Below are positions 20,574 through 32,344 of a stretch of 64,000 bases of DNA, in pieces (the stretch's first letter is position 1; each line of letters opens with the position of its first letter). This DNA comes from Candidatus Poribacteria bacterium (GTDB lineage: Bacteria > Poribacteria > WGA-4E > WGA-3G), in assembly GCA_963663765.2 (NCBI GenBank), contig CAXXUA010000003.1, forward strand, positions 416,001-480,000. The letters run 5' to 3'. The notes under the pieces were generated by a model. It searched no databases, was not told the origin of the DNA, and saw only the letters and a program-made list of their open reading frames with translations. The translations under genes and the position numbers were made by a program.

Positions 20574-20889
20574 CGAAAACTTAGACTGGCGATTGGTAAG
20601 ATATTTTGATGCCGATTTCCAAGTGCCAACTGTTTCTCGGCAAGGTTGGAAAGGAACGCGAAATAGTGAACTCCTTAGGCAAGCTGCGGCAATGTTTGAT
20701 GTGTTGGTGACAATGGATAGGGGGATTGAATATCAACAGAACATCAGCAAATATGCTATCGGTGTCATTCTTATCTCTGCCAGAAGCAATCGGCTTGAGG
20801 ACATTCAACCTGCTATGCTAAGGGTGAATCAAATGCTCAGAGACGTTCAACCCGGTCAAGTCATCCATGTGACTGTCAATGTTCCATAA
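20557..20889 (+). CDS. DUF5615 PIN-like toxin
   Basis: MRVLLDENL..GWKG..FDVLVTMDRGIEYQQN; overlaps the DUF433 gene. Confidence 0.85.
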   Translation: MRVLLDENLDWRLVRYFDADFQVPTVSRQGWKGTRNSELLRQAAAMFDVLVTMDRGIEYQQNISKYAIGVILISARSNRLEDIQPAMLRVNQMLRDVQPGQVIHVTVNVP

Positions 20890-21304
20890 CCTTTGTATAG
20901 CATATATATTGGTTTTTACAATTAACTTGACACTATTGATTTGGTAGAGTGAACTCCACTTATCTGATGTTATATATGTATATATAGGGTGCTGTCTATC
21001 CGCCTGTGTTTATTTTTTTTTGGTGTATCCGTGTGGTGCTGCTGTCCAAAGCCAACGAGGCGGGTTTATCAACTATTTTAAATTCTCTTTCTTTGTCTCC
21101 CCCTACCGTTTACGCATCTCTTGTACCTTATCTACAATCAATCAAAAATAGCTGCTAACTTTGGCGGTGGTGTCGTCGGTAAGGGATGGGCGTGTGTCCG
21201 CAGGCGATGTCATCTTTGGCTGATGCTGTCGTAAAGAATGAAATAACGCGCTCAATAAGACCAGATATGTCTTATTGCTGTTCTCAATCAATATATATGG
21301 TATA

Positions 21305-21438
21305 TAGTGAAATATACAATTAAGTTTACACTTTTTCTGTAGGAGCGATCTCCGAATCGCGACTGAACGTCTTGATAGTCGGGAATCGGAGTTCCCTCCT
21401 ACACCTGAAAGTGCTAAATATAATTCTAAAATCCACTA
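21305..21438. mobile_element. MITE (TAGTG...CACTA, TA target) with a REP pair; inverted copy 29474-29606, relative 37558-37679
   Basis: Conserved termini flanked by TA. Confidence 0.75.
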
Positions 21439-21489
21439 TAATATCAGGGTTTCTACAAAAACTTTACCCACCCTATCCATATTTTGAGG

Positions 21490-21518
21490 TTGACATTTCA
21501 CACCAAAAATGGTATAAT
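21490..21518 (+). promoter_or_regulatory. Consensus sigma70 promoter
   Basis: TTGACA-17 nt-TATAAT. Confidence 0.8.
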
Positions 21519-21542
21519 GCAATAAACGTTACGGAGCACATT

Positions 21543-22007
21543 TTGAAACAGATTAGAACCTTCTGGCAAGCCGTCCGGGACTTCTGGAGAACAGGAAAAA
21601 CAGGCGTTGCCCTATTCCTAATTTCCCTTTCCGCTCTCATATACGGAAAAGTTGCACTGGATTTTGAGACCTTACAAGGCTGGAAGGGACACCTATCCGT
21701 TCAAAATGTCGTCAAAGATATTTCAGCATTTATCCCAGTAGGTGCGGCATGCGTCGCAATGATAATCGGAGGCATAGACCTAATCATGTTACTATCAGAC
21801 TTTATTGAAGCAAGACGTGAGAAGCGCATAGCAGCGGCAGCAGCCGAAGCCAAAGCAGAAGGTATCGCTGAAGGAGAAGCGAGGGCTTATCGAAAGTTCG
21901 CAGAATGGGAACGACGGCGAAAAGAAGCGGAAGATCGGGGCGAGGCGTTCACGGAACCCCCACCGATACAACCGCAGGAGAAATCACAGGAGAATTCAAA
22001 AGAATAA
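21543..22007 (+). CDS. Hypothetical membrane protein with (K/I)AEG tail; start approximate
   Basis: 3' part of ORF 21372-22007, whose 5' extension lies in a MITE; GGAG SD before TTG, downstream of the promoter. Confidence 0.65.
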   Translation: MKQIRTFWQAVRDFWRTGKTGVALFLISLSALIYGKVALDFETLQGWKGHLSVQNVVKDISAFIPVGAACVAMIIGGIDLIMLLSDFIEARREKRIAAAAAEAKAEGIAEGEARAYRKFAEWERRRKEAEDRGEAFTEPPPIQPQEKSQENSKE

Positions 22008-22073
22008 AGGTATCATAAAGGGGTCGTCAGTCAAATCTGCCGACCCGAAACTTTTAAGAAGGATAATATTGAT

Positions 22074-22439
22074 ATGACAGCTCAATTTGCTCACTATTGG
22101 CAAGAAGGTATAATTCTTACCGAAGAAGAACGCGAACATCAACGGAAAATAGAGCAAGCATTGAATCAAGGGGTTGTCTACACTGTTCCTGAAGGTTCAG
22201 AACTAAATGGCAATGTTCATACAAACGCTACAAAGCACGAGATAAAAATAATGATGTTCATAGAAGACGGTACACCGCTCCACATGTGGGCATTCTTTCT
22301 AAATGATGAACCCCAACCGGAAGATGATGACGAAATAGGTAAACGTTTGGCGGAACGAGAACCTTCAGAAAAAGAACCGGCTATTTTTCTTACGAGTGCT
22401 GACAAAAACGCTGCTACTTCTTGGGTATTTTTTCAGTAA
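22074..22439 (+). CDS. Hypothetical protein
   Basis: 121-aa ORF with AAGGA SD. Confidence 0.6.
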   Translation: MTAQFAHYWQEGIILTEEEREHQRKIEQALNQGVVYTVPEGSELNGNVHTNATKHEIKIMMFIEDGTPLHMWAFFLNDEPQPEDDDEIGKRLAEREPSEKEPAIFLTSADKNAATSWVFFQ

Positions 22440-22699
22440 GACCGATTTCAACTAATCCCACCGTGACGGCGCGTGTTTAGCAGGATTGCTGCGCCACTTG
22501 CTTATTGCTCCGTCTGCTGTGCTGGACGTTTGCTCTATGTGGCATAGCCTTCGTGCTGTCCGCCCTACGATATAGACAACATCAATACATTTCGGGTTTC
22601 GCTTCGCTCTACCTGCCCTGCCAACTATGGTGAAATTTGAAAATAAGTTTACATTTCTACAATTTACCATATTGGCTGTCATGTAAGTATCCTATTCTT

Positions 22700-23523
22700 T
22701 TCTTTGGTAGGAGCGACCTCCTAGTCACGACTGTTTTGATACGTGGTCTCCAAACGGTCGCGACCGAGAGGTCGCTCCAGGCGTGCCTTATAAGCGCGCC
22801 CCGCACTCCCCTGCACTCAACTGCAGCTCCCCCCACTGCAGGCGTGCTTTGTAAGCGCGCCCGATTGCAGGCGTGCTTTGTAAGCGCGCCCCGCCCTCCC
22901 CCGCACTCCTCTGCAGGCGTGCTTTGTAAGCGCGCCCCGCCCTCCCCCGCACTCCTCTGCAGGCGTGCTTTGTAAGCGCGCCCCGCACTCCCCTGCACTC
23001 CCCTGCAGGCGTGCTTTGTAAGCGCGCCCCGCACTCCCCTGCACTCCCCTGCAGGCGTGCTTTGTAAGCGCGCCGTTGCCAATCCTGTGTTTATCGGCGC
23101 GATTACAAAGCACGCCTACCAGGATGAGGTATTTAACACTTGACTTTTTCTTATGTTGACACATATTGGTCTCTGCGCCCTGCCGCAACTGATTAAATGA
23201 GAGATTACGGGACAATAGAGACCAATATGTGTCAACATAAGACAATATTGTTAATATCAACCATACTCTTCAGTCCCGACAAATGCCATACGGGGAATGC
23301 CTAAATGGCATTCATACCGTTGATTTGGCGCATTTGGCGTTGATTTGGTAGGGACGATATGTTTATTCTTCTATTCCGTTCCAACGGAACTCAATTAATG
23401 CTGAAAACATTTTCTATAAACATATCGTCCCTACGGGACAAAAGACATGGACAAGATGGTATCACATAAAATTAATGACATAGCAAAATATTATCAAAAA
23501 TATTGAAAACTAAATAACACTGC
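22700..23523. repeat. Composite REP/MITE cluster, including an inverted counterpart of the 14322 array (~7 copies, 22778-23120)
   Basis: GGCGTGCTTTGTAAGCGCGCC repeats, GTAGGGACG REPs, degenerate ISAs1-type end. Confidence 0.85.
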
Positions 23524-23631
23524 TAATTAAGAAATTATGGTGACAACAAAATTGTTTTATGTTATACTTTAGAGTTGTAATGGATATGATATAAAGTCTG
23601 CTTGCATAACGATAGGATAAAACATCTAATT

Positions 23632-24832
23632 ATGAATCTATCATCTGTTTTATTTAAAACTGCCGTTTCTTTTACATCACTTGCAACATCAGTTGTGACT
23701 TCCTCAACTGATACCATTGAGATGCCTACCGAACCCACCCGCGAATATCCGAGAAAGTTTTGAGATGCCTTCGTTTTATCAACAATGGATTGATGTCGGA
23801 GGTTTTCCTGTTGTCGCCTCGGAGAAGGTCAATCCGCATGCGTTGCGTGAAGCTGCATGGCTCATCCAACAAGTTATTGGACACCGTCCAGATTTACTTG
23901 AGGCATTGGCTGAAAACAACGTTCGGTTCTCTATCATGGCTTACGATGAGATGACGACGAAGATTCCAGAACATAGCGATCTAAAACCCGATTTTTATTG
24001 GGATCGTCGCGCTCGAGGTTTGGGTGCTACAAGGCACCGTCCATCTGTTAGTTGTGGTGAGGAAAATCTGCTGAATTATCCAGGTGACCCTTACGGAACT
24101 GAAAATATTCTGGTTCACGAGTTTGCCCATGCAATACATCAAATGGGATTTAGTACCGTTGACCCAGATTTTGATAAACGTCTCAAGGTACTATATGAGA
24201 AAGCAATGGAAAAGGGTTTGTGGAAAGGCACTTATGCTTCTTCAAACAAAGAGGAGTATTGGGCGGAAGGTACACAATCATGGTTCAATACGAACAGAGA
24301 AAACGATGCACAACATAATCATGTGAGTAAACGAGGTATATTGAAAGAATATGATCCTGACTTGGCTGCACTACTCACGGAAATTTATGGTGATGGTGAT
24401 TGGCGGTATACTAACGCTGTCCAACGTCTTAATCTACCACATTTGCAAGGATACAATCCTGAAAATGCACCTAAGTTTGAATGGCCCACTGACTTGGCCG
24501 CGAGTTACGATCAACTGTTTGATCCAAACTGCCAAGGAAATGACAGATGGATAAGTCTGAATCGGTATGAACAGAGTGAACTGTCAACACTGAAATCAGA
24601 AGATGGCGAGCATTCCGCGATACTTTTTGTGAACAAAACTGAGGTAGACATATCTTATTATTGGGTAGACACAGAGGGCAATGAGTCTTACCGTGGTCGC
24701 GTTGCAGCTAACGCATTCGGTGTTCAACATACGCATGCTGGACACGTTTGGCTTGTCAAAGATTCAAATGGTGACAACATAGCCATTTTTCAAGGGAAAG
24801 AAAAAACAGGACGTGCATTAATTGGAGAGTGA
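23632..24832 (+). CDS. Zinc metallopeptidase-like protein (HEFAH) with VHL-beta-like C-terminus; 5' frameshift
   Basis: ENILVHEFAHAIH, EYWAEGTQSWF; C-terminal FVNKT..YYWVDTEG..HTHAGHVW; ATG 23632 is out of frame by one base near 23734. Confidence 0.75.
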
Positions 24833-25053
24833 TATGTATTGATCTCTCTGATTGTCACGATGAGAATATGGACTATTTTAGGTTCATTACGGCGCGCTTA
24901 CAAAGCACGCCTGCAGTTAGGGGCGCGCTTACAAAGCACGCCTGCAATTAGAAACGAATGAATTAATCATATTTATAACCGTTTATGATGAAGCATTATA
25001 CCTAATGTCTTCTTCAAAACTATCAATTTTATTTATTTTGAAAGGAAAAGAAA

Positions 25054-26073
25054 ATGAAAAAATTCTTTTTACGCATTTCAGTATTGGTATTTGCATGTTT
25101 ATTGGTCCTCCCGCTGCTTGCAGATAATCACGAGAGTAGTATCCTGGACAAAGTTAAAAAGCGGGGTAAGTTAGTCTGTGGTGTAAACGGTGGTCTACCA
25201 GGTTTTGGGTTTCTTGCTGAAGATGGTAAATGGAGCGGCTTTGATACGGATTTCGGGCGCGCAATCGCAGCCGCAGTCCTCGGGGATGCTGATAAAGTTG
25301 AATTTGTACCTCTAAATGCTGCCGAACGATTCACCGCACTTCAATCGGGTGAAATAGATGTCCTAATCCGAAACACCACTTGGACTTTGGGACGAGATAC
25401 TGAGTTGAATACTGATTTTGCACCACCGACATTTTACGACGGACAAGGATTCATGGTCGCTAAATCCCTCAATATAAAATCGCTTAATCAGTTAGATGGA
25501 GCAAGCATCGGTGTTACCGCAGGCAGTACAACTGAGTTAAACCTTGCTGATACCTTTCGGACCTTAGGGGTTAAGTACAAAGAGGTGACCTATGAGGATA
25601 TTGACACACTTTACAGTAGCTACGATGCAGGGCGCGTGGATGCTGTTACCAGTGACAAGTCGCAGCTTGTTGCGCGAAGGAATGATCTCAAGAACCCAGA
25701 TGATCACGTTATCCTCGATATTACTATCTCAAAGGAACCTTTGGGTCCCCTCACAATACACGGCGACAACAAATGGAATGATGTTGTGAGTTGGGTGGTC
25801 TATGCAACGTTCTTTGCAGAAGAGCATAAGATTACTCAAAAGAATGTGGAGGAGTATGAAACGGAAAATCCAGAAATCCAACGCTTTTTGGGTGAAACCG
25901 GTGATATCGGTGAAAAACTTGGACTACCTGCCGACTGGGCAAAACAGGTAATAATGTCAGTAGGTAACTATGGAGAGATTTTTGAACGAAATCTCACTCC
26001 TATCGGTTTGCCTCGAGGTGTTAATAAACCGTGGACTGAAGGCGGTTTGCTTTATTCTATGCCGTTCCGTTAG
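25054..26073 (+). CDS. aapJ: General L-amino-acid ABC transporter substrate-binding protein
   Basis: RGKLVCGVN, RFTALQSGEIDVLIRNTTWT, ISKEPLGP and VGNYGEIFERNL motifs. Confidence 0.92.
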   Translation: MKKFFLRISVLVFACLLVLPLLADNHESSILDKVKKRGKLVCGVNGGLPGFGFLAEDGKWSGFDTDFGRAIAAAVLGDADKVEFVPLNAAERFTALQSGEIDVLIRNTTWTLGRDTELNTDFAPPTFYDGQGFMVAKSLNIKSLNQLDGASIGVTAGSTTELNLADTFRTLGVKYKEVTYEDIDTLYSSYDAGRVDAVTSDKSQLVARRNDLKNPDDHVILDITISKEPLGPLTIHGDNKWNDVVSWVVYATFFAEEHKITQKNVEEYETENPEIQRFLGETGDIGEKLGLPADWAKQVIMSVGNYGEIFERNLTPIGLPRGVNKPWTEGGLLYSMPFR

Positions 26074-26830
26074 GCTTTACAATTTTCCTTGGATTTATTT
26101 GTAGATGGGTTTATTCAACTCATCTACAAGTAATTGAATTTTGATTGTTTTCATAATGCTTGTTAACCTCAGTAAAGTTATTATACCAATTCAAAATAAT
26201 CTTGTCTCATTAAGGAATTCTACTGTTTACTGGCAGGGGGTTACTCTCTTCGGTAGGAGCGACCTCCCGGTCGCGACCGTGAGGTCGCTCCTACCAGATT
26301 TACGCTGCTAATGAGACATTTTCACTGAAAATGGTAAAACAATAGGACTTACGCAATTTTCATAAATAATCAAGAATTATGGCAAGAATGACGTAATTTC
26401 AGTATGTTTTCGGTTTCTAACGCCAAATCAAGAAAACAAGAAAACAAGAAAACAACGGTATGAATGCCTTTTGGCATTCCCCGCCTACAAAGCGCGCCTA
26501 CCGTTGGGTGCGTAAGTCTTTAATTAAGAATTCTTTAAACTAAATTGACACCTATGAGTTATACCAAATTAACGGAATTTATCTTTTTCCAACGGTAGGT
26601 GCGGTTTCCTAACCGCACACTTAGCAAGACGGATTACGTTAATTGGGTATTAGTTCATTAACTTTACCTATAAGAAAATTAAGCATAGGTTTTTGTATTG
26701 CTATAGTTTTGACAATCTCAGTATGTTTGTGTTGTTGCATGTGTTTATGGTGTAAAGTGTCTTAGTGAACTTACTATAGAGAATTCTCAAAATTGTTCAA
26801 ACTATAGTAAATTTGAAAGAGTAACTTGTA

Positions 26831-29443
26831 ATGAAATATCTTTGCCCATTGTTAGGAATTCTCTTAGTTTTTTTTAGTTGCACCACAGGACAACAAGTAG
26901 ATATTCCTGACGACAATCTAACTTTAGCAATCCGCGATAACCTGGGATTGCGACCAGGCGCGCCTATAAAAGGATGGAATCTGCGAAAATTAAATAAACT
27001 ATCAGCACCTCAATATGAAATCAAAGACTTAAGCGGTTTAGAAAATGCAAAAAACCTGACCATTTTAGAGCTTTACGGCAACCAAATTACTGACATCTCC
27101 ACACTCGCGAAATTAAAAAAACTAAGAAAATTAACGCTCAGTGCTAATCAGATTACAGATATTACGCCGCTTGTGAGATTACAACAACTTACACATTTAG
27201 CACTTGATCAGAATCATATTAAAGACTTCACACCGATTGAAAATCTGACAAAAATAGAATTTCTAAGTATTGATAAGAATCCTGCCCACATACCTAAAAA
27301 CCATACTAAACTACTTAAAACTAAAGACAACTTGAGAGATCAAAATACACCATATTCTACAAATGTAAATCAATATGATACACAAACAAACTTACCAGAG
27401 GGAGCAATAGCACGGTTTGGTAAGGGTGGTATCAACGTGATGCAATTCTCTCCGAATGGAAAATATCTTGCAGTTGGCACTGATATCGGTGTCTGGGTAT
27501 ATGACAGTGCTTCAGGTAAAGAAAGATTCTTCTCTGTAGACACAATCGGGCAATCCAATGCAATCGCGTTTTCCCCTAACGGAAGAATTCTTGCAAGCGG
27601 CGGTTCTTCAAATCCAAATTTACAATTATGGGATATTGAATCAGGAGATCATCTCTTAAACATACCTCTACCAATTTCAGTTAATTCACACCTGATGAAT
27701 AAAAAAGAAGTAACACATGTAAAATCGGTTGCTGCTTTGACTTTTTCACAGGATGGAAAAACACTTCTTAGTATCAGTTTTTCTGGGGTTATTAACTATT
27801 GGGATGTGGGTTCTGGCAACAAAATATCAGAACATCATAGCAATTTTGATTCCGAAGGTGTATTAGCACTATCCCAAGACGGCAGCACTTTCGGTTGTGG
27901 ATATTGGAGTGGAAAGATATGGTCGGGAGACCCGTCCACAGGAGAACGAGATGGGGAACATAAAGGACATTCCAGTTTTCTCAGCAATATGCTCAATAAG
28001 ACAAAATACAAACGTGTCCGAGCATTAGCATTCTCAACAGATGGAGAATTATTCGCAAGTGGTAGTGAAGACAAAAAAGTACAAATTTGGAACACACCAC
28101 GCAATTCTAAACTTGCTACACTCAAAGGACATACTGGATGGATAACTGCACTTTCATTTTCTAAAGATACTAAAAAACTTGCAAGCGGTGATACGGACAA
28201 TACCGTTCACTTATGGGACGTACGTAAAAAACGGAAAATTGCTGTCTTCAAAGGACATACAAACGGTATACTGGCAATAGCTTTTACATCCGATGGTAAA
28301 ACATTAGCGACAGGTAGTGCAGATGGAACAGTCCGGTTTTGGGATGTTAATTCACATCAACCTATATCAACCTTTGCAACAGGACATACTGAGTTGGTTA
28401 AGTCCGTAGCATTTTCCAACGATGGTAATAAGGTGTCCATTGCTCACTATAACGCAACAGTAGAAAAGTGGGATATCAAGTCTACAACGAGATTGAAATT
28501 ATTCAACAATTTTCCGCAACATCTCACATACGCTTTGGCGTTGTCGCCAGACGGTAGTCATCTTGCATGTCATAATATTGTTGGTAGAATCTCCTTTAAT
28601 TCACAAGGTTGGCAAACAATTATTGAATATCTCGGTAACGATATAACTCGGATATTCAAATTAGATACTGTACAAGAACTACCTCATCTGACAGAAGCAT
28701 TCGGTGCTATGGCTTTTTCGAATGACAACAAGATACTTGTAAGTAAGAGTTCACACAATATCGTGCCGTGGGAAAAAACAACGGACAGTGAGGTAGGGAT
28801 GCATTTTAATTTGACTGTAGGTTATAGTAAAGACATTTTCATGTCTGATGTACATACTGGCGCGGAGTTGTTCCGTTTTTATTTCGCACAACGCGGAAGG
28901 GTCTTGTCTCAAGAAGGTTTACATCCGAATACACCATTGCTGTTTTCTCCCAACGGTTCAGAATTTGCGGTAGGTCCGAATGTGTTTAGTGTTGGTCAGT
29001 GGAATCCAATTACAGAATATGGATCTGATAAATATCAAATAGTCGCGTATTCACAGGACAATACCGTAGTTGCAATTCAAGATGATAAAGGTGTAAAAAA
29101 AGATATTCACTTGTGGGATATTTCGACACCAACTGAACCAAAGAAACTCAACACAATAAATTTACCAAATATTTTTGGTAGCAGACCTGTCGCGTTGTCA
29201 CCTAACGGAACTATTCTCATTGAAGCAACTAAAATATATTTTGACACATATTGCGAGGCAAATATCTCTCTATGGGATATCAATACCAGAAAGAAACTAC
29301 TATCTCTCCCTGGACACACTGAACACATTGAAACACTTACATTTTCACCTGATGGAGAAATGTTTGCAAGCGGATCTGAAGATGGCACTGTCATTTTATG
29401 GGACTGGTATGACATCCTAAGCAAAATAAATATGGAAAATTAA
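26831..29443 (+). CDS. Probable lipoprotein with internalin-like LRRs and WD40 repeats
   Basis: Lipobox-like FFSC; LxxLxLxxNQITDI repeats; GH..WD repeats. Confidence 0.88.
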   Translation: MKYLCPLLGILLVFFSCTTGQQVDIPDDNLTLAIRDNLGLRPGAPIKGWNLRKLNKLSAPQYEIKDLSGLENAKNLTILELYGNQITDISTLAKLKKLRKLTLSANQITDITPLVRLQQLTHLALDQNHIKDFTPIENLTKIEFLSIDKNPAHIPKNHTKLLKTKDNLRDQNTPYSTNVNQYDTQTNLPEGAIARFGKGGINVMQFSPNGKYLAVGTDIGVWVYDSASGKERFFSVDTIGQSNAIAFSPNGRILASGGSSNPNLQLWDIESGDHLLNIPLPISVNSHLMNKKEVTHVKSVAALTFSQDGKTLLSISFSGVINYWDVGSGNKISEHHSNFDSEGVLALSQDGSTFGCGYWSGKIWSGDPSTGERDGEHKGHSSFLSNMLNKTKYKRVRALAFSTDGELFASGSEDKKVQIWNTPRNSKLATLKGHTGWITALSFSKDTKKLASGDTDNTVHLWDVRKKRKIAVFKGHTNGILAIAFTSDGKTLATGSADGTVRFWDVNSHQPISTFATGHTELVKSVAFSNDGNKVSIAHYNATVEKWDIKSTTRLKLFNNFPQHLTYALALSPDGSHLACHNIVGRISFNSQGWQTIIEYLGNDITRIFKLDTVQELPHLTEAFGAMAFSNDNKILVSKSSHNIVPWEKTTDSEVGMHFNLTVGYSKDIFMSDVHTGAELFRFYFAQRGRVLSQEGLHPNTPLLFSPNGSEFAVGPNVFSVGQWNPITEYGSDKYQIVAYSQDNTVVAIQDDKGVKKDIHLWDISTPTEPKKLNTINLPNIFGSRPVALSPNGTILIEATKIYFDTYCEANISLWDINTRKKLLSLPGHTEHIETLTFSPDGEMFASGSEDGTVILWDWYDILSKINMEN

Positions 29444-29689
29444 TTTTGATAGAGATTTCTCATAATTTGTTTATAGTGGATTTTAGAAATATTTTTACAC
29501 TTTCAGGTGTAGGAGGGAACTCCGATTCCCGACTATCAAGGCGTTCAGTCGCGATTCGGAGATCGCTCCTACAGAACAAGTGTAAACTTAATTGTATATT
29601 TCACTATAAAACTAATCGCGCTATTTATAATTGACAAATTGCCATAGTAAACTGTAATCGGGTTGAGCGTCAATGAAACAAGATAAATG

Positions 29690-30691
29690 GGCTCATGTAT
29701 AATTTAAGTGCGATTTAATATAATTGTGATTTTTGTTGAGTTGTGTTATAGTGTAGCGTATGGATTTTCCAATACTATCTTTGATTGATGATGAACGTGC
29801 GGAGGAATGGTTGCTAAACCATTTCCACCCTCAAGGTTTATTCTGTCCCCATTGTGAAGCCAGCGTGGAGGAGGCACGCTATTTCCGAACAACAAAAACA
29901 AGTGGCTTGAAGGTATACCGCTGTAATAAATGCTCAGGTGTGTATAACCTATATAGTGGGACAGTATTTGCTCACAAGCGTTTTCGACCTGCACAAGTTG
30001 TTTTGCTCTTACAAGGTCTATGCAAAGGCTTTACGACTTCTCAGTTGGCACGCGAGCTGAATATTAGTCGTCAAACAGTGCATTATATACGACAGGTTCT
30101 GCAGACATCTGCTCAAATGCTTCAACCAGAGGCTGTTTTACCCGATACTGAAACTGAAACAGATGAGATGTTTCAAAATGCTGGTGAAAAAGGAGAACCG
30201 CATCTTGACCCAAAGGATCCACCGCGTCGGCGCGGGAATAAACGCAAAGGTCATGGCACTTATGAAAATGATCGTCCCCCTGTTATCGGCACAGTGGGTC
30301 GTGAAAGTGGTCTCGTGCGATTGCGTGTCGCACACCACACCGATGGTGCGACACTCTCAGCCCATGTGCATCAGTGGACGCTGCCGACTGCTACCGTATA
30401 TACAGATGGATGGCGCGGGTATAACGGTATTGACCGCCCCCATGCAATCGTGTGTCATAGTGATGGCGAATGGGCAAGAGATGACGATATGGATGGTTTT
30501 TGCGAAACCCACATCAATTCGATTGAAGGCGTATGGACAACGGTCCGCAACTTTCTACGCCCATTTCGCGGTGTTCATAAGAAATTCCTCGCAGGATATA
30601 TTGCTATTTGTGAATTTGCTATTAATATCAAGTCTGTCACTGTTGAATTTATATCAAAACTCGTCCAACGCACTTAATCATAACATGAGCC
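29690..30691 (+). mobile_element. IS1595-family insertion sequence
   Basis: TIR GGCTCATGT; 8-bp TSD GATAAATG. Confidence 0.9.
29760..30677 (+). CDS. IS1595-family transposase
   Basis: Zn ribbon CPHC..YRCNKC, ETDEMF, YTDGWRGY and HINSIEGVW motifs. Confidence 0.9.
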   Translation: MDFPILSLIDDERAEEWLLNHFHPQGLFCPHCEASVEEARYFRTTKTSGLKVYRCNKCSGVYNLYSGTVFAHKRFRPAQVVLLLQGLCKGFTTSQLARELNISRQTVHYIRQVLQTSAQMLQPEAVLPDTETETDEMFQNAGEKGEPHLDPKDPPRRRGNKRKGHGTYENDRPPVIGTVGRESGLVRLRVAHHTDGATLSAHVHQWTLPTATVYTDGWRGYNGIDRPHAIVCHSDGEWARDDDMDGFCETHINSIEGVWTTVRNFLRPFRGVHKKFLAGYIAICEFAINIKSVTVEFISKLVQRT

Positions 30692-30759
30692 GATAAATGC
30701 TATACACGCATCTGACGTTGATTTTGGATGATAAACTTTCATCTAATCATAAATGTTTT

Positions 30760-30985
30760 ACGACTTGTGCCAGTTAACCCGTTGTTTTCAAAGATTTTAC
30801 ATATATTAGGTTTATAATGCACACATATCGTCCCTACGGGACTAAAGAGGATGTCCTATGACGTTTTTCTATAAACATATCGTCCCTACGGGACTGAAGA
30901 TCATTTCAAACTATGAAGGACACCTGCAAAACGCCATGCTTATGTGAAAAAAATGATTAACATATAGTTATTTAGCACAACTCGT
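30760..30985. mobile_element. MITE (ACGACTTGTGC...GCACAACTCGT) with REPs; copy 61901-62379
   Basis: 7-bp TSDs ATGTTTT and TAAAGAT respectively. Confidence 0.88.
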
Positions 30986-31029
30986 ATGTTTTAATTAACC
31001 ACGTTCACCAAAACTACTCAGGACTTACG

Positions 31030-32344
31030 CAGGGTTATTTAGTTTTAAAAACTCTCAGTTATCAAGTTAACTGCGAGTTTAGGTTTTGAAGCTAAGTATT
31101 TTATCTCATCTGCTATACGCGTTATCCCAGCAAATCGCAACACTGCTAATGCTGTATTTCGCAAAGCAGCCATGATTTGTGGAATAGCACCGCATCGGAC
31201 AGACGATGCGTCTTCTCCAAGTTGTGTATCACGCATCCAATGCGACTTGTTCTCTATTGACCAATGCCCACGGCGTAGCTCAAGTAAACGTTGGGCAGAA
31301 GTTTCTTCGGGTGTCAGACTTGTAATACCATAATGGATTTTGGTTTTTTCTTCTCCTGTTTTCGTATTTTTGTAAGTATAACGATATTGGAACACTTGTG
31401 CTATACCTGGCCAATCCAGATATGCGTTGAGACTTGTGCTTGCTTTCAAACACCTTGTCTCTATTCTACCATGTGATTTTTCAGAAGTCTCGTGAGTGTA
31501 AATAGGGGCTCCCAATTTAGGATGTGGTGTGTTATCAGAAAGCGTGTCTGGAACGTCTTGAAAGAGTTTTTGGATCTCATCGTAAAGGTCCGGTTGGTTC
31601 TTTTTGACAGGGAGCACATAGTCTCCATTACCCTCTATGATGGCGTGGCAGAATGGTCGCTGTGTCAAAAGTGCGTCTGTTGTGATGACTTTACCACTCA
31701 CATCAAAGTTTTTGAGGATCTCTGTTGAGATCGGTATTTCGTTGGTTTTATCACTGACACCTTTTTGTGTAAGTGTGACGCCTAACTCATGAGACACAAC
31801 AGAGAGTAAATGGCTTATTGTCGCACCACTTTTCTTACTGGCACGCATCGTTTTACCGTCTATAGCGACTGCGTCAAGACAACCTTCTAAATCAGGTCGA
31901 CTTTGACAAACGTCTTCTACCCAGTCTGTAAATGTCTTTTCAACAGCATCAGCATCTAAATCTTTTAGAACATTATGTATTGTTGCGGGACAAGGTGTTT
32001 TCTTGTGTGTAAAACCGAGTGTTCTTGCGAGGTCTGGTTGGGTTCGGGCCCAAGTTGCGATGGATGTATATCCTTTATGTCCAGTCATAAAACCAATAAT
32101 GTTAAGTCCGATGATTGATTTCAATGGGTGTCGTTTTCCTTTATTGTTGCGCGGGTCTTGGATTTCTGCTAATCTATCTAACAAGTGTCGAGAGTTTTTC
32201 TCTGGCATTTTTCACCTCAAAGGTAAGATTTTTTAGGTGAAGTATAGCAGATATAGCGCGATAAATCACGCTATATCTGCATATCCAAAAATATTAACGA
32301 TTGTGATAAAAAACAACCAAAACTCTTAAAACTAAATAACCCTG
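31030..32344 (-). mobile_element. ISAs1-family IS inserted in the terminus of a MITE
   Basis: TIR CAGGGTTATTTAGTTTTAA; TSD GGACTTACG. Confidence 0.92.
31045..32208 (-). CDS. ISAs1-family transposase
   Basis: IQDPR, AIDGKTMR, KTNEIP, ITTDALLTQ, HGRIETR and HWSIENKSHW motifs. Confidence 0.93.
   Translation of the reverse strand: MPEKNSRHLLDRLAEIQDPRNNKGKRHPLKSIIGLNIIGFMTGHKGYTSIATWARTQPDLARTLGFTHKKTPCPATIHNVLKDLDADAVEKTFTDWVEDVCQSRPDLEGCLDAVAIDGKTMRASKKSGATISHLLSVVSHELGVTLTQKGVSDKTNEIPISTEILKNFDVSGKVITTDALLTQRPFCHAIIEGNGDYVLPVKKNQPDLYDEIQKLFQDVPDTLSDNTPHPKLGAPIYTHETSEKSHGRIETRCLKASTSLNAYLDWPGIAQVFQYRYTYKNTKTGEEKTKIHYGITSLTPEETSAQRLLELRRGHWSIENKSHWMRDTQLGEDASSVRCGAIPQIMAALRNTALAVLRFAGITRIADEIKYLASKPKLAVNLITESF

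Noticed and set aside
13183-23742. Homopolymer frameshifts (~13730, ~13780, ~23734; also ~4355) as programmed phase variation
   Set aside because: Runs are short (3-6 nt) and cannot be told apart from sequencing error or decay without reads
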